DNA of 63,994 nt, filler included, from Octopus bimaculoides (GCF_001194135.2; 5 parts of 5 records of this genome joined end to end with filler, not necessarily neighbours in it); one strand, 5' to 3'; positions 12,786-26,117 are shown, counted from the whole stretch's first letter. The notes: a model not told the origin generated them from the letters alone. Numbers and translations: made by a program.

Positions 12786-13575
12786 TGTATATATATATAT
12801 ATGTGTGTGTGTGTTTGTGTGTCTATGTTTGTTCCCCCANNNNNNNNNNNNNNNNNNNNNNNNNNNNNNNNNNNNNNNNNNNNNNNNNNNNNNNNNNNNN
12901 NNNNNNNNNNNNNNNNNNNNNNNNNNNNNNNNNNNNNNNNNNNNNNNNNNNNNNNNNNNNNNNNNNNNNNNNNNNNNNNNNNNNNNNNNNNNNNNNNNNN
13001 NNNNNNNNNNNNNNNNNNNNNNNNNNNNNNNNNNNNNNNNNNNNNNNNNNNNNNNNNNNNNNNNNNNNNNNNNNNNNNNNNNNNNNNNNNNNNNNNNNNN
13101 NNNNNNNNNNGCTAACGATTCAGTCAGCTTTTTTCTACTCTATGCACAAAGGCCCGAAATTTGGGGGGAGGGGGCCAGTCGATTAGATCGACCACTGTAC
13201 GCAACTGGTACTTAATTTAACGACTCCGAAAGGATGAAAGGCAAAGTCGACCTCGGTGGCATTTGAACTCAGAACTTTTAGGCAGACGAAATACCGCTAA
13301 ACATTTCGCCCGGCGTGCTAACGTTTCTTATTTCTTTACTGCCCACAAGGAGTTACACACAGAGAGGACAAACAAACGGGTTAAGACGATTATATCGGCC
13401 CCAGTGCTAACTGGTACTTATGTAATCGACCCCGAAAGGATGAAAAGCAAAGTCGACCTAGGCGGAATTTGAACTCAGAACGTAGCGGCAGACGAAATAC
13501 CGCTATGCATTTCGCCCGGCGTGTTAACGTTTCTGCCAGCTTACCGCCTTTATATCACATTATATTGTATTATAT

Positions 13576-13796
13576 TACGAGGGTGTGCTGAAAAGTACCT
13601 GGCTTTAAATAAAAGAAAATACATGAGTATCAGTGAATTATGATTTTATTGAACATATTCCCCTCTCAGATTCACACACTTATTGCAGCAGTCCTTCGGT
13701 TTTTCTAAACCCTGTAAAAGAACTCGGAAGGTTGGACCTCCAACCAGGCCTTTCGTGATACTCTTAAAGCCAGGAACCTTTCAGCATCCCCTCGTA
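13576..13796. mobile_element. Tc1/mariner-type MITE (~220 bp)
   Basis: TIRs TACGAGGGTGTGCTGAAAAGTACCTGGCTTTA / TAAAGCCAGGAACCTTTCAGCATCCCCTCGTA, with TA at both ends. A right-end relative lies at ~38808-38858. Confidence 0.85.
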
Positions 13797-14144
13797 TATT
13801 ATGTATTAAAGTGTGTCAAAAGGTTTCGTTTTTCGTGTATGCAACCTGATCATTGACATAATTGCAGATGCCGTGGGACTGTGATCTGATCGCAGCGTTA
13901 TGTAAGTGAACGAATATATCTGAGATATACGAGAAAAGGTTTCGAGGTAACTAGTTCATATACATTTGAATATGTGATTGGGATGTTCGTTAATTCATTA
14001 TGATGCTGATGGTAGCATGCTTACTCAGTAGATACTAAGGTTCATTTCTCTCTCTCCTCCTCTCTCTCCCTCTGCCTCTCTCTCATGTTCTCTCTCTCTC
14101 TCTATCTATCTCTATCTCTCTCTCTCTATCTCTCTATCTCTATC

Positions 14145-14183
<39 letters not shown>

Positions 14184-17100
14184 CTCTCTCTCCCTCTCTC
14201 TCCCCCCGTCTCTCTCTACCACATTTTTCCTGAAAGAAATTGTTGTAATCAAACCTATAGAGGGATGAACCCAGCCATATCTAAAGATACACAGAACGCC
14301 CCTACGACTTGACCAGAATCTAAGGACCCAAACACACACTTAGATATATGTATATATACATTTATGCATACATGCACACATATGTATACGTTCCCACACA
14401 GATACATACAGACACACACAGACACACACACACCTATATGTTTTTTATGAGCATTTACAAACGCTTTCGTGTGTATATATGTGTGTATATGTATATATAC
14501 GTAAGTGTATGTGTACGGAAAGAGAAGGGAAAAGAAAGAATGAAAGATGGCAAAGAAACGGATGAGGATGAAACATAGTTCTGACCACCATTTATTTGTC
14601 ATTTTTTATTATTAAATGGATTACATCCTCCAACGATATGAGAGATTCGTTTGTTAAAAATCTCAGGAATCCTAATTTTGTATTGAACAAGTTGACTACG
14701 CATCTAAGAACGACGTTTAAAGATTTGTGCTTCCGTGTTGATCTTTCCAAGTAACATGGAATGAGGAAACATAAACTATATATGAAAAGAAAAAAAAAAG
14801 AATAAGTAAAATATCAAAAATAAAAGTTAACAAAAGAGCAAGTGACATAACAAGAAAGAAAACGATATGGCAAATGATTTATATATCTTACGCTTTTTTC
14901 TGCACCTGCGCAGTATTTCTCAAGAAATAATTTGCTCTGGGGATGTTAATCCTGACATTTATACAATACAATCCTCTCACCAGCTCCTCTATTTTCTGTT
15001 GATATCGAAAGCAAAAGTAAATCTAGTTTGATCATGCAGGTGTATTTGATAATACCTGTTACGTCTCTTATATGATGTCTTCTGTCATCCAAAGATACGA
15101 AGTCATTTGTAAAATATATTTTCGCTGTCAACACATATTGGTCTTTGATCGATGTTTTCAGTAATGTTCTTAGCACTCTACATGTCTGTTTTGAAGCATC
15201 TCTAACGTTGGTAGGGCAGCTGCTGTGTTTTAAGAATTGACTGTCTTTCATGACACCTGCATGCTTTGTTATGGAAATATTAACAGCATAGCAGATCTAT
15301 CAATTAGTTGCTATAAAGTAAGATTTATTTCCTAAGTATTCCAAGATTAGACAGTACACACATGCAAATTTACACATACCAACACGCACATGCAGCCACA
15401 AACACACACACACACACACATACACACATACACGCAAGCACATTTATGTACGATTATGGAAAAATTTATTTCGTAATGAAAAAAGGACATCACTATGTTT
15501 GATAACAAGTAAATTAATGTTTTACGTGGTTTTTCTTCTTTTCTCATCGTCGTTATCATAAATAAGATGAACAGCGATGAGTAGGCAGAAATGATAGAAC
15601 GCCACATTTAAGACTTTTCAGGTTCGTNNNNNNNNNNNNNNNNNNNNNNNNNNNNNNNNNNNNNNNNNNNNNNNNNNNNNNNNNNNNNNNNNNNNNNNNN
15701 NNNNNNNNNNNNNNNNNNNNNNNNNNNNNNNNNNNNNNNNNNNNNNNNNNNNNNNNNNNNNNNTCTCTCTCTCTCTCTCTCTATGTTCTTGCTTCAAATC
15801 CTGCAAGAGTTGATTTTTGTCTTTCTGTTTTTCGGCTTCGATATTATAAGAAAAAGTAATATTATAAAGTTAAAAGTCTGTTTCGAACCGACGTACTTAT
15901 GAAGTAGGCGTTTATTTCGAGGTCCTTAGCATTCAAGCAGCGAAGAGTACAAGACTGCACTCCCTTCCTTGAACGAGACATCAGTGCACTGCGAGGTTAA
16001 CCTCCTCCTCAGGCTACCACTGGTTTTAATTTCCAGCTCAGTGAACAGAAGCAACACGAAATTATGTGCCTTGCTCAAGGAGATAACGCACCAATCAGTT
16101 CGAGAATCGAACCCACAATCTAACGAACGCGACTTCAGCACCAAAACTACTTTGCCTCGTGCAGGCTTTCACAAATAACATAATTTCAAGCAATCCGGCG
16201 GATGCAAAAGAGTAACAGTAAATGCTTTTGCAATATTGAGATTTGAAATTAAATCCCAATGTTGTTGATGTTGTCTTTTATTACTGGGCGAGAACGAGAC
16301 TATTATTATTATTTACAGAATTTTAAAAGTCGGCACTGCTTAACAAAACCATTCGCAGTAAAAAAGCACATGAAAGTTTGTTTACAAAATCAGCTACGAA
16401 CTAATTATAGTTCTGAAATCTGGCAGAAAAGTAGGTGTAATCGGTAGCACACGCAGTCACGCAAACCGAGAGGTGTGGGTTCGAGTCCTACGCATACATG
16501 AAAGCGTACTTTCTTTCTGTCGAGGGCTTATATGTTGCATTATTAGACTATTTTGTTTAGTCATTGTGCGATGATCGCTATNNNNNNNNNNNNNNNNNNN
16601 NNNNNNNNNNNNNNNNNNNNNNNNNNNNNNNNNNNNNNNNNNNNNNNNNNNNNNNNNNNNNNNNNNNNNNNNNNNNNNNNNNNNNNNNNNNNNNNNNNNN
16701 NNNNNNNNNNNNNNNNNNNNNNNNNNNNNNNNNNNNNNNNNNNNNNNNNTAGTGTGTGTGTATCGCTGTGTGTATATACACTTGTGTATATGTTTTATCT
16801 TTTACTTGTTTCAGTCATTGGACAGCCGTCATGCCGATGCACCGCGCTTTGAAGGGTTTAATCGAACAAATCAACGACAATACCTTTTTAAAGCCTAGTA
16901 CTTAATTTATCGGTCTATTTAGCTGGACCGTTAAGTTACCGAGTCACAAACAAGCCACCACTGGTTGTCAGGCGGTGGTGGAGAATACACACACACGACC
17001 ACACATACACACACACACGACCACACATACACACACACACACAAGTGTATATAGACGATGGGCTCCTTTCAATTTCCGTCTACCAAATCCAATCATAAAA

Positions 17101-17347
17101 CTGATTAGCCCGGAGCTATAGCAGATCTTGCTGAAGGTATCGCACAGTGGGACTGAACACATAACCATGTGGGAAGCAAACTTCTTATCACATACCGGCA
17201 ACCGCATCTACCATATATATATTGATGCTATAGGGTGGTTATGGAAAGAGGAGCATGAAAGAGTGGGGAGGCTGGGCAAACAAATGGAACATACATTAGG
17301 ATATGCGCGCTGGGTAAGTGGATCGATCAAAATTGCTTAAAATTCCA

Positions 17348-18265
17348 CAGTTTAAACTGATATGGGTGCTAGCAAGGAGAGAAATTTTCTTCCCTAATGC
17401 TTAAAATATGCGCTGTTGAGCTTAGGATATTTAGCTTCTCTATGATGCACAGATTGCATTTACTACCTCGTCCTTTGCTGTTCTTGGCTAAAATACTGCA
17501 GTTCACTGAGGTGAGGGCTCCACACTCCTATCTTTTAAGCTCCATATTATTTTGAACAAAGATATAACGTTTCTTTTTTTTTTCTGAATGAAACCAAGTG
17601 ATGTGTATACCGTTTGTTCTTTGATGGTGTTCCGAGCATCCCAATAAAAGCTTTTGTGGCACCGTCTTTATCTTTAACGTTGCCCCTGTAAGTCAGGTCT
17701 TTTTCGAGGAATTTTTTATTCAAAAGATAATTATTGGGGTATCTGTTGTTTCATGATCGTTGAGGGCTATTTTTCTTATTATGGTTGAAAATCTTCGACA
17801 ACAATAACTATCTTATGGAAAGTGGATGTTGATACGTTTTAGGAATCACCTACCCATGATTTCGACTAATGTCCTACTATGTGGAGGATCAAACCACAGG
17901 ACTTTTGATACGTTTACGTCTTTTTGAACTAAGGTTGTTTCAATATAGGTTATTTTACTCTTGATACTGGACCTTTCCAATGCAGCGTTGTAGTATGGGG
18001 CTGTCTTTTTGAGAGTTATTTAAATCAGAAGATAGTTCTGAAACACGTCCTTCTAATGTTGTTAACTAATTGTCTAATGAGTGATGGTGGATGATTAGAG
18101 CATCTATTGACGTAAAATCTTTTTCCGTAATATTTATAAAAGGGGTTTATGATTATCTGTGCTATGGTTTATATAGATATAAAAGACATTGACTACTTTA
18201 AGGGTATTTAAAGATAATTTTAGGGTAATTTTAAAATTTAACTTACTAAAAAACTTTTCCTTACC
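17348..18265 (-). mobile_element. Decayed Penelope-like element (RT C-terminus plus GIY-YIG endonuclease)
   Basis: Frameshifted minus-strand pieces: FFSKLNFKITL...KVVNVF, FYVNRCSNHPPSLIRQL, APYYNAALERS, LWFDPPHS...HFP, KAFIG, RYTHHLVSF, KCNLCIIEKLNIL...HPYQFKL. These match Penelope motifs SNHPP, WFNPP, YIG and CxLCxxEK. Confidence 0.85.
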
Positions 18266-18525
18266 TAATATATATATATACANNNNNNNNNNNNNNNNNN
18301 NNNNNNNNNNNNNNNNNNNNNNNNNNNNNNNNNNNNNNNNNNNNNNNNNNNNNNNNNNNNNNNNNNNNNNNNNNNNNNNNNNNNNNNNNNNNNNNNNNNN
18401 NNNNNNNNNNNNNNNNNNNNNNNNNNNNNNNNNNNNNNNNNNNNNNNNNNNNNNNNNNNNNNNNNNNNNNNNNTATATATATATATGCGCATACGCACGC
18501 ACACACACACATGCTCACATATATT

Positions 18526-18565
<40 letters not shown>

Positions 18566-19327
18566 TGAACTAGCGTCGATTTAAATAACTGTACACGCCT
18601 GTAGAAATCTTATCAACAACAATGTATGCTTGCACCTAACGCTTCGAATGTAAGTACTGACAGCAGCGAAAATTTTTCTTTTGCCAGTGTTATTTCAGAC
18701 AGAAGGACTCTCGATACGAAACTTGCACCATTTCATACACTGAATTGGAGCCAGCCTTCCACAATCGATTACAGAGTCTCGTGAGAGGAAAAAAGTAACT
18801 TGTTTCTGCCTTGCTAAGAACGCAGCAGGTTATCTTATCGCATCTAGATATGAATTGGTTGCAATATCTTTCAGCGGTTAGTGGGGAGAATATATGACAC
18901 TACATATGTGATCCTTGAAACATAGAACGAAGCGAAAGCACAAGTCCCCATGAATTTTGTTTCTCTTTATGTTATGTATTACTTATTTGTTATCTATTTG
19001 TGTCAGAACTTTCAGTTAAACCTATTTCACGTTATCCCCAAAGAGTTACTGTATGTCCTCCTGTTTTTATTCTTTTTTAATATTTTGGATGCTATTTAAG
19101 GCGGCAAGCTGGCGAAATTGTTAGCATACCGGGGCAAAATGCTTCATAACATTTTTTCTGGCTCTTTACATTCTGAGTTCAAATTCCGCCTGGGGCGACT
19201 TTCCCTTTCATCCCTTTCGGGGTCGATTAAGTAAGAACCAGTTTAGCACTGGGATGTACGGACAAAATGCTGCTAAGCATTTTGCCTGACGTACTAACGA
19301 TTCTGCCAGCTCACCGCCATAATAATA

Positions 19328-19871
19328 GTACCAGGCAGTGGCTCTCATGGCTTCTCATCTTAACTGACTGGGAGTATTATCATGTACATTGTTTTGTCTT
19401 GGTATAAAAGATGGGCTACAGCAAATATTCTGCTTAATACCACAGATTTGCTTGTCTGTTGTTTGACCTTAACCAGTTGAACATGACCCATAGCGGCTAA
19501 CGATATGTGCATCTCAGATCACGCGCAGAAGTAGCGGGGGCGCATCATAGCCATGTGTTAAAAGGAATTCTTTGGGGTTTGGATAATTCACCTTTGAAAA
19601 CATGGGTGTTTCGTTCAAAAGCCTTAAACAAAGCCTTATTCAGGGACCTTTTGAGCGGGATGGGCTACTCGACCTGAAAAAAATTCTAACTGGACCCCAC
19701 CTGCAAGGTCATGCGCTGTTAATTTTGATATGAGATCACCATGTCGCGCATATATGGTTGCGATGCATGTGCTTGGCGTACCCTTATCAGACGGGTAGTC
19801 ATTATGGGTATACTGGGCTTCGTATATTTTACCCCAGTGTCACTTTGATGGCATGCATTGCTCTCTCACTC
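19328..19871 (+). mobile_element. ~540-bp non-coding interspersed repeat (family E) ending in (AAT)n
   Basis: Colinear copies at 62021-62544(+) and 49764-50112(-, 3' part); all end CTCTCACTC followed by (AAT)n. Confidence 0.85.
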
Positions 19872-19905
<34 letters not shown>

Positions 19906-20483
19906 GTTTCCAATTATGGAACAAGGTCAGAAATTTTAGGAGGAGAGTCTTTTATACCAACCCCAATACTCACTTGGTACTTTATTTTATAAATCTCGAA
20001 AGGACGAAATGCTAAGCTGACATCAGCAGACTTAACAACAGCAACAACAACAATAGTAATAATACTTTCTACTATAGGCAAAAGGCCTGCAATTTTGTTG
20101 GAGGGGAATAAGTCGATTACATCGACTCCAGTACTCAACTGGTAGCTATTCCATCGATCCCTAAAGGATGAAAGGCAAAGTCGACCTCGTCGGAATTTGA
20201 ACTCAAAACGCAGCGACGGGCGAAATACCGCTAAGCATTTTGCTCAGTATTCTAACGATTCTTTTCCACTCTAGGCAAAAGGCCCGAAATTTTGGAGAAG
20301 GGGTTAGTCGATTAGATCGACCCCAGTATGCAACTTAATTTATCGACTCCGAAAGGATGAAAGGCAAAGTCGACCTCGGCGGAATTTGAACTCAGTACGT
20401 AGCAGCAGACGAAATACCGCTAAGCATTTCACCCGGCATGCTAACGATTCTGCAAGCTTGCCTCCTTAACCTGCCACCTTGCC

Positions 20484-20514
<31 letters not shown>

Positions 20515-22508
20515 TTTTCACTTATAAAACACAAGAATGTTAGAATTCCCTATATTCCTATTCCCCTAAATCATTTTTCAAAAGAGCGTGATAAAGGAAG
20601 AACCTCCGAATAAGTCGAGCCGTCGACATAGTTTCGATTACCAATTATAATAATTTTACTTTCGTTTACGTCATTTCGTATATTTCCTGTTTCTTATTTC
20701 TCTGAAGATATAGAATATTTTTTATATTGTTTGCAAACCAATATTTTACGAAACCAATGAGAATATGTCACTGCTTTTTGAACTATTCTGTTCGTGAATT
20801 ATTTTAGAAAGATTTTTATGTAATATTGGATAATTATCTTATGAAAATAATGATAAAACAAAAAGAAGCTTAAATAATTTTGTTGTTATGTCACATAAAT
20901 ATTTCTTTCTTGTAATTGTTTGCATTTGCGTCATTTCAAAATGGATAAGTGAAGATAACTTTCATTTTTACATAATAAAACGAAACAGAAGCATTGTGTA
21001 AATTGCAAAGAGGTTTATCAAAAGCTTTTACAAATGTGAGAAGATAAATTGTGTCTACGAACAATATAAATGAGGAATGCAAACATTAAAAATATCTGAC
21101 AAAAGTCAAAAGAAAACACTTGTTTACTAAATACAACGAAACAATGTACAAGTTAACTCCTTGAAATTCATTGTCATATCGATAAATCAAAACTATCCTT
21201 TTTTTCCCCCCGCTTTCTTATTTCGCTCATTGGACTGCGGCCATGCTGGGGCAATGCCTTGGAGGGTTTAGACGAACAAATCGACCCCAGTACTTATTGT
21301 TTCTCTTCTTTTCTCTTTCTTTTTTTTTAAGTCTGACTCTTATTCTATCGATCTCTTAGTAAGAAATACTAAGTTATGGAGACGTAAACAAACCGACACC
21401 AGCTGTGAAGCAGTGAGTGGAAGACAGACACAAACACATAGACAAACGTATACGCATACTTATATTCCTATATATATACATGCATATGTATATATATGTA
21501 TGTATATATANNNNNNNNNNNNNNNNNNNNNNNNNNNNNNNNNNNNNNNNNNNNNNNNNNNNNNNNNNNNNNNNNNNNNNNNNNNNNNNNNNNNNNNNNN
21601 NNNNNNNNNNNNNNNNNNNNNNNNNNNNNNNNNNNNNNNNNNNNNNNNNNNNNNNNNNNNNNNNNNNNNNNNNNNNNNNNNNNNNNNNNNNNNNNNNNNN
21701 NNNNNNNNNNNNNNNNNNNNNNNNNNNNNNNNNNNNNNNNNNNNNNNNNNNNNNNNNNNNNNNNNNNNNNNNNNNNNNNNNNNNNNNNNNNNNNNNNNNN
21801 NNNNNNNNNNNNNNNNNNNNNNNNNNNNNNNNNNNNNNNNNNNNNNNNNNNNNNNNNNNNNNNNNNNNNNNNNNNNNNNNNNNNNNNNNNNNNNNNNNNN
21901 NNNNNNNNNNNNNNNNNNNNNNNNNNNNNNNNNNNNNNNNNNNNNNNNNNNNNNNNNNNNNNNNNNNNNNNNNNNNNNNNNNNNNNNNNNNNNNNNNNNN
22001 NNNNNNNNNNNNNNNNNNNNNNNNNNNNNNNNNNNNNNNNNNNNNNNNNNNNNNNNNNNNNNNNNNNNNNNNNNNNNNNNNNNNNNNNNNNNNNNNNNNN
22101 NNNNNNNNNNNNNNNNNNNNNNNNNNNNNNNNNNNNNNNNNNNNNNNNNNNNNNNNNNNNNNNNNNNNNNNNNNNNNNNNNNNNNNNNNNTTTCAACAGT
22201 TTCTATCAACCAAACACATTAACAAAGTAATTGTCGGCCCAGGGCTATAGTAGAAGATACTTGCCCAAAGTGACACGCAATGGGATTGAACCCAAAGCCA
22301 CGTGTTTACAAAGCGAGTTTCTCAACCATACTGCCATGCCTACACCGAGTAGATATTGATACAATAAGCTCTAGGCTTTAAAAAATAAGTCCTGGGATCG
22401 ACTTGTTCAACTAAAACCCTTCAAGGCGGTATTCCAGCATGGCCTCAATCAAATGACTGAAACAAGTAAAAGACTAAAAGAATATATGTATGTATGTATG
22501 TATGTATG

Positions 22509-22542
<34 letters not shown>

Positions 22543-23080
22543 TGTATGTATACCTTTATGTATTTGTATCGCAAGATTCTTGATGTGAAGTCGTGTGTTG
22601 AAACAGATATTCTTATATCTGGGGACGGTCATTTGGCCAATAAACATACTCTTTGTTTTTTTTATCTTCACTTTAGCTTTATTATTTGTATTTGCTATTG
22701 TGAGGCGGCAAGCTGACAGAGTCGTTAAGCAAGNNNNNNNNNNNNNNNNNNNNNNNNNNNNNNNNNNNNNNNNNNNNNNNNNNNNNNNNNNNNNNNNNNN
22801 NNNNNNNNNNNNNNNNNNNNNNNNNNNNNNNNNNNNNNNNNNNNNNNNNNNNNNNNNNNNNNNNNNNNNNNNNGTAATTGACAAGTCCCCCCCCCCAGCA
22901 TAAAATTTCAGGCCTTGTACCTATAGTAGAAAGGATTATTTGTTATCGTAAGGCTGGTAGAATCGTTAGCACGCCGGGAAAAATGCTTAGCGACATTTCG
23001 ACTGTCTTTACGTTCTGAGATTAAATTCTGCTGAGGTCGACTTTGCCTTTCATCCTTTTGGGATCAATAAAATAAGTACA

Positions 23081-23785
23081 GTAGCAGTTGCCATATAATT
23101 CTCAGCCTCCACTCGAATTTCACCGCCATAATATTTTGCCTTTGCATCAGAAAAGCCAGACGAGGGACTGCACTGGAACTGGTCAACCAAGTATTGAAGA
23201 TGTTCATGGTCAACTCCAATGTCAACAATTGCCAGTAATCTGCTACATACTGATGCAAAATCTTAGAAGAAAACTTGCCAATCATGCTGTCAGATACATA
23301 AATGGAGTTACCCAAAGTATTCCTAAAAGCTGCATAGTGAAGTAACTCAAACACCTGAAGAGGAAGTTGTGTCTTCAGGATAGCCTTGTCAAGTGTCATA
23401 CTGGCAGCAGTCTCTTTTATCTCCCATGGTTTGAAAGCTCGTATGGTCATTGCATTTTTCACCATTCCTATCACATTATCAAGTTCATCACGAAGACAAT
23501 CAATTTGATAAGTAATAAATTCTCGTGAGGTTGAACAGGTGTAATTGACACCAGATTGTTGCATGGTTCTAGTCAAGCCAAATGCTGTGCTCTCCTTTGT
23601 TCCCATTCCAGCTATATTTCTCAAGAGGTGACTAACTCCTAAGTTATCTCTTGATTCATACCTGGAGCCAGCTTTAACCACAATAGACACATGCTATGAC
23701 GATATAGGAGAGTAATTCTCCAAAGATGCCACAGATATACCATTTCCTAACTTAGAAACCTTTGTAGCTGGTTGAAGAGAGCTAC
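23081..23785 (-). pseudogene. UQCRC2: Processed pseudogene fragment of cytochrome b-c1 complex core subunit 2 (M16 peptidase family)
   Basis: Intronless translation KVSKLGNGISVASLENYSPIS-S*H-VSIVVKAGSRYE...LGVSHLLR...STSRE...FKPWE...E.LH.AAFRNTLGNSIY, then a frameshift near 23230 into IGVDHEHL...AKAKYYGGEIRVE. One in-frame stop plus one frameshift; truncated at both ends. Confidence 0.9.
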
Positions 23786-24438
23786 AGGTCGACTTTGCCT
23801 TTCATCCTTTCGGAGTCAATAAATTAAGTACCAGTTGCGTACTGGAGTCAATCTAATCGACTGGCCCCTTCCCCAAAAATTTCGGGCTTTCTGCCAAGAG
23901 TAAATAAAGATAATATTTAATGCATCTCTCAGTAAAAAGTTCAATACCAAAATATACTAAAAATATTCAATATTGAAACAATACTAAAAATTTCAAAATT
24001 ACAGACACACCAAAAATATTAAAAATATAATAAACATATATGTTCGACAAATTATGAAAATCTATAAAAATATATGAGAAATATATATAAACCTATTAAA
24101 GGGTACAGTCCTACTTACTAGTAAACGTTAGGTTAACAAACGGTGTTAAAAAAGATTATAAGGTGTCTAGAGTATACTGTATAAAGTAATAAAATATCCA
24201 GAGTATAGTGTATAAAAAAATTATAATTCGTAGATTAAGCATTGGTTTTTCGTTGTTTTTTCAAGGTAAATATCAAATTAATTCTCCTATGGCCATTTCT
24301 GGGGAAAAGTAATCCTTGTAAATTAATAGATGTTCATATCCGAAATTTTAGATAACTGCCTCCATCATCAGGGAGTATTATAAGGGGTCGCATCTCGCTT
24401 AGTATTAGAAAACTTAGACGCTCGGGAAAATGAAAAAG

Positions 24439-24476
24439 TCTTTTACGTTTCGAGCCTACGCTCTTCAACTGAAAGG
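24439..24476 (-). ncRNA. Degenerate hammerhead-like motif (core CAGTTGA)
   Basis: CCTTT-CAGTTGA-A-GAGC GTAG GCTC-GAAAC-GTA-AAAGA; two core substitutions. Confidence 0.45.
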
Positions 24477-24549
24477 AATAAGAGAAAACAGAGAGAGAAT
24501 GAAAAAAACTTGTAGATTTAGCGGTCAGACAGTCAGACAGTCAGACATG

Positions 24550-24613
<64 letters not shown>

Positions 24614-24841
24614 CAGATATATTCGTATGATGGAGTCGTATATCGCGTATTTTTGCGTGTACCTATATGCTTATAAACGTGTGCATACGTGTACGTTTAT
24701 GTGTAAACGTTAGCTTAAACATTATCTTTTGTGGTATTCATTTTGGCACTTTCTTTATCCAATTACTTCCTCTATAAATCTCACTCACACAATATACATG
24801 TTCATGTGTGCGCGCGTGTACGTGTGTGTGTGTGTGTGCAC

Positions 24842-24881
<40 letters not shown>

Positions 24882-25786
24882 AAATTTTTATGATTGTTTG
24901 GGTCAGTTTGGGCGTTTGATGTCATCTCCNNNNNNNNNNNNNNNNNNNNNNNNNNNNNNNNNNNNNNNNNNNNNNNNNNNNNNNNNNNNNNNNNNNNNNN
25001 NNNNNNNNNNNNNNNNNNNNNNNNNNNNNNNNNNNNNNNNNNNNNNNNNNNNNNNNNNNNNNNNNNNNNNNNNNNNNNNNNNNNNNNNNNNNNNNNNNNN
25101 NNNNNNNNNNNNNNNNNNNNNNNNNNNNNNNNNNNNNNNNNNNNNNNNNNNNNNNNNNNNNNNNNNNNNNNNNNNNNNNNNNNNNNNNNNNNNNNNNNNN
25201 NNNNNNNNNNNNNNNNNNNNNNNNNNNNNNNNNNNNNNNNNNNNNNNNNNNNNNNNNNNNNNNNNNNNNNNNNNNNNNNNNNNNNNNNNNNNNNNNNNNN
25301 NNNNNNNNNNNNNNNNNNNNNNNNNNNNNNNNNNNNNNNNNNNNNNNNNNNNNNNNNNNNNNNNNNNNNNNNNNNNNNNNNNNNNNNNNNNNNNNNNNNN
25401 NNNNNNNNNNNNNNNNNNNNNNNNNNNNNNNNNNNNNNNNNNNNNNNNNNNNNNNNNNNNNNNNNNNNNNNNNNNNNNNNNNNNNNNNNNNNNNNNNNNN
25501 NNNNNNNNNNNNNNNNNNNNNNNNNNNNNNNNNNNNNNNNNNNNNNNNNNNNNNNNNNNNNNNNNNNNNNNNNNNNNNNNNNNNNNNNNNNNNNNNNNNN
25601 NNNNNNNNNNNNNNNNNNNNNNNNNNNNNNNNNNNNNNNNNNNNNNNNNNNNNNNNNNNGATTTATTCTACCCATGTATCTACCCATTTCTCTGTGTCTC
25701 TTCAATCAGCTCTGTAACCCATTTATCTCGGTCGTTGTCTTTACCACTCTTTGCTTATTCTCTCGCTCTCTCTCCTACTCTCTCCC

Positions 25787-25826
<40 letters not shown>

Positions 25827-26050
25827 GCTCTCTCCTTCTAACTCACTCTATCAACCTTAATCTTTCGCTATCACTTACTCATTCTCTCACTCTCACCTAA
25901 CAACCTACACCTGTTTCTTTCCTATTAACTCACCCCCTCATCCGTCTACCTCCTTCCTCCTCCCTCCTCCAACATTCATCTAACTGCAAAGCCATATATC
26001 AGTCGTTTATCTCTTTTTCCTCACCCCCGCACAATAATTCTGCTTTGACG

Positions 26051-26117
26051 AAGATGGCGGTTGTGAGGCTGAAATGGAGAAGAGAGTGGTAGTAGAGATC
26101 AGAGTTTGGGATGTAAG
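26051..26117 (+). other. Candidate first exon in a CpG-rich unique patch
   Basis: AAGATGGCGG (YY1/start-like motif), ATG at 26073 (MEKRVVVEIRVWD), then GAT|GTAAGT donor. No protein recognised. Confidence 0.25.

Noticed and set aside
14946-15251. 101-aa minus-strand ORF
   Set aside because: No recognisable homology or supporting splice context.
23088-23345. 85-aa plus-strand ORF
   Set aside because: Antisense shadow of the UQCRC2 pseudogene.
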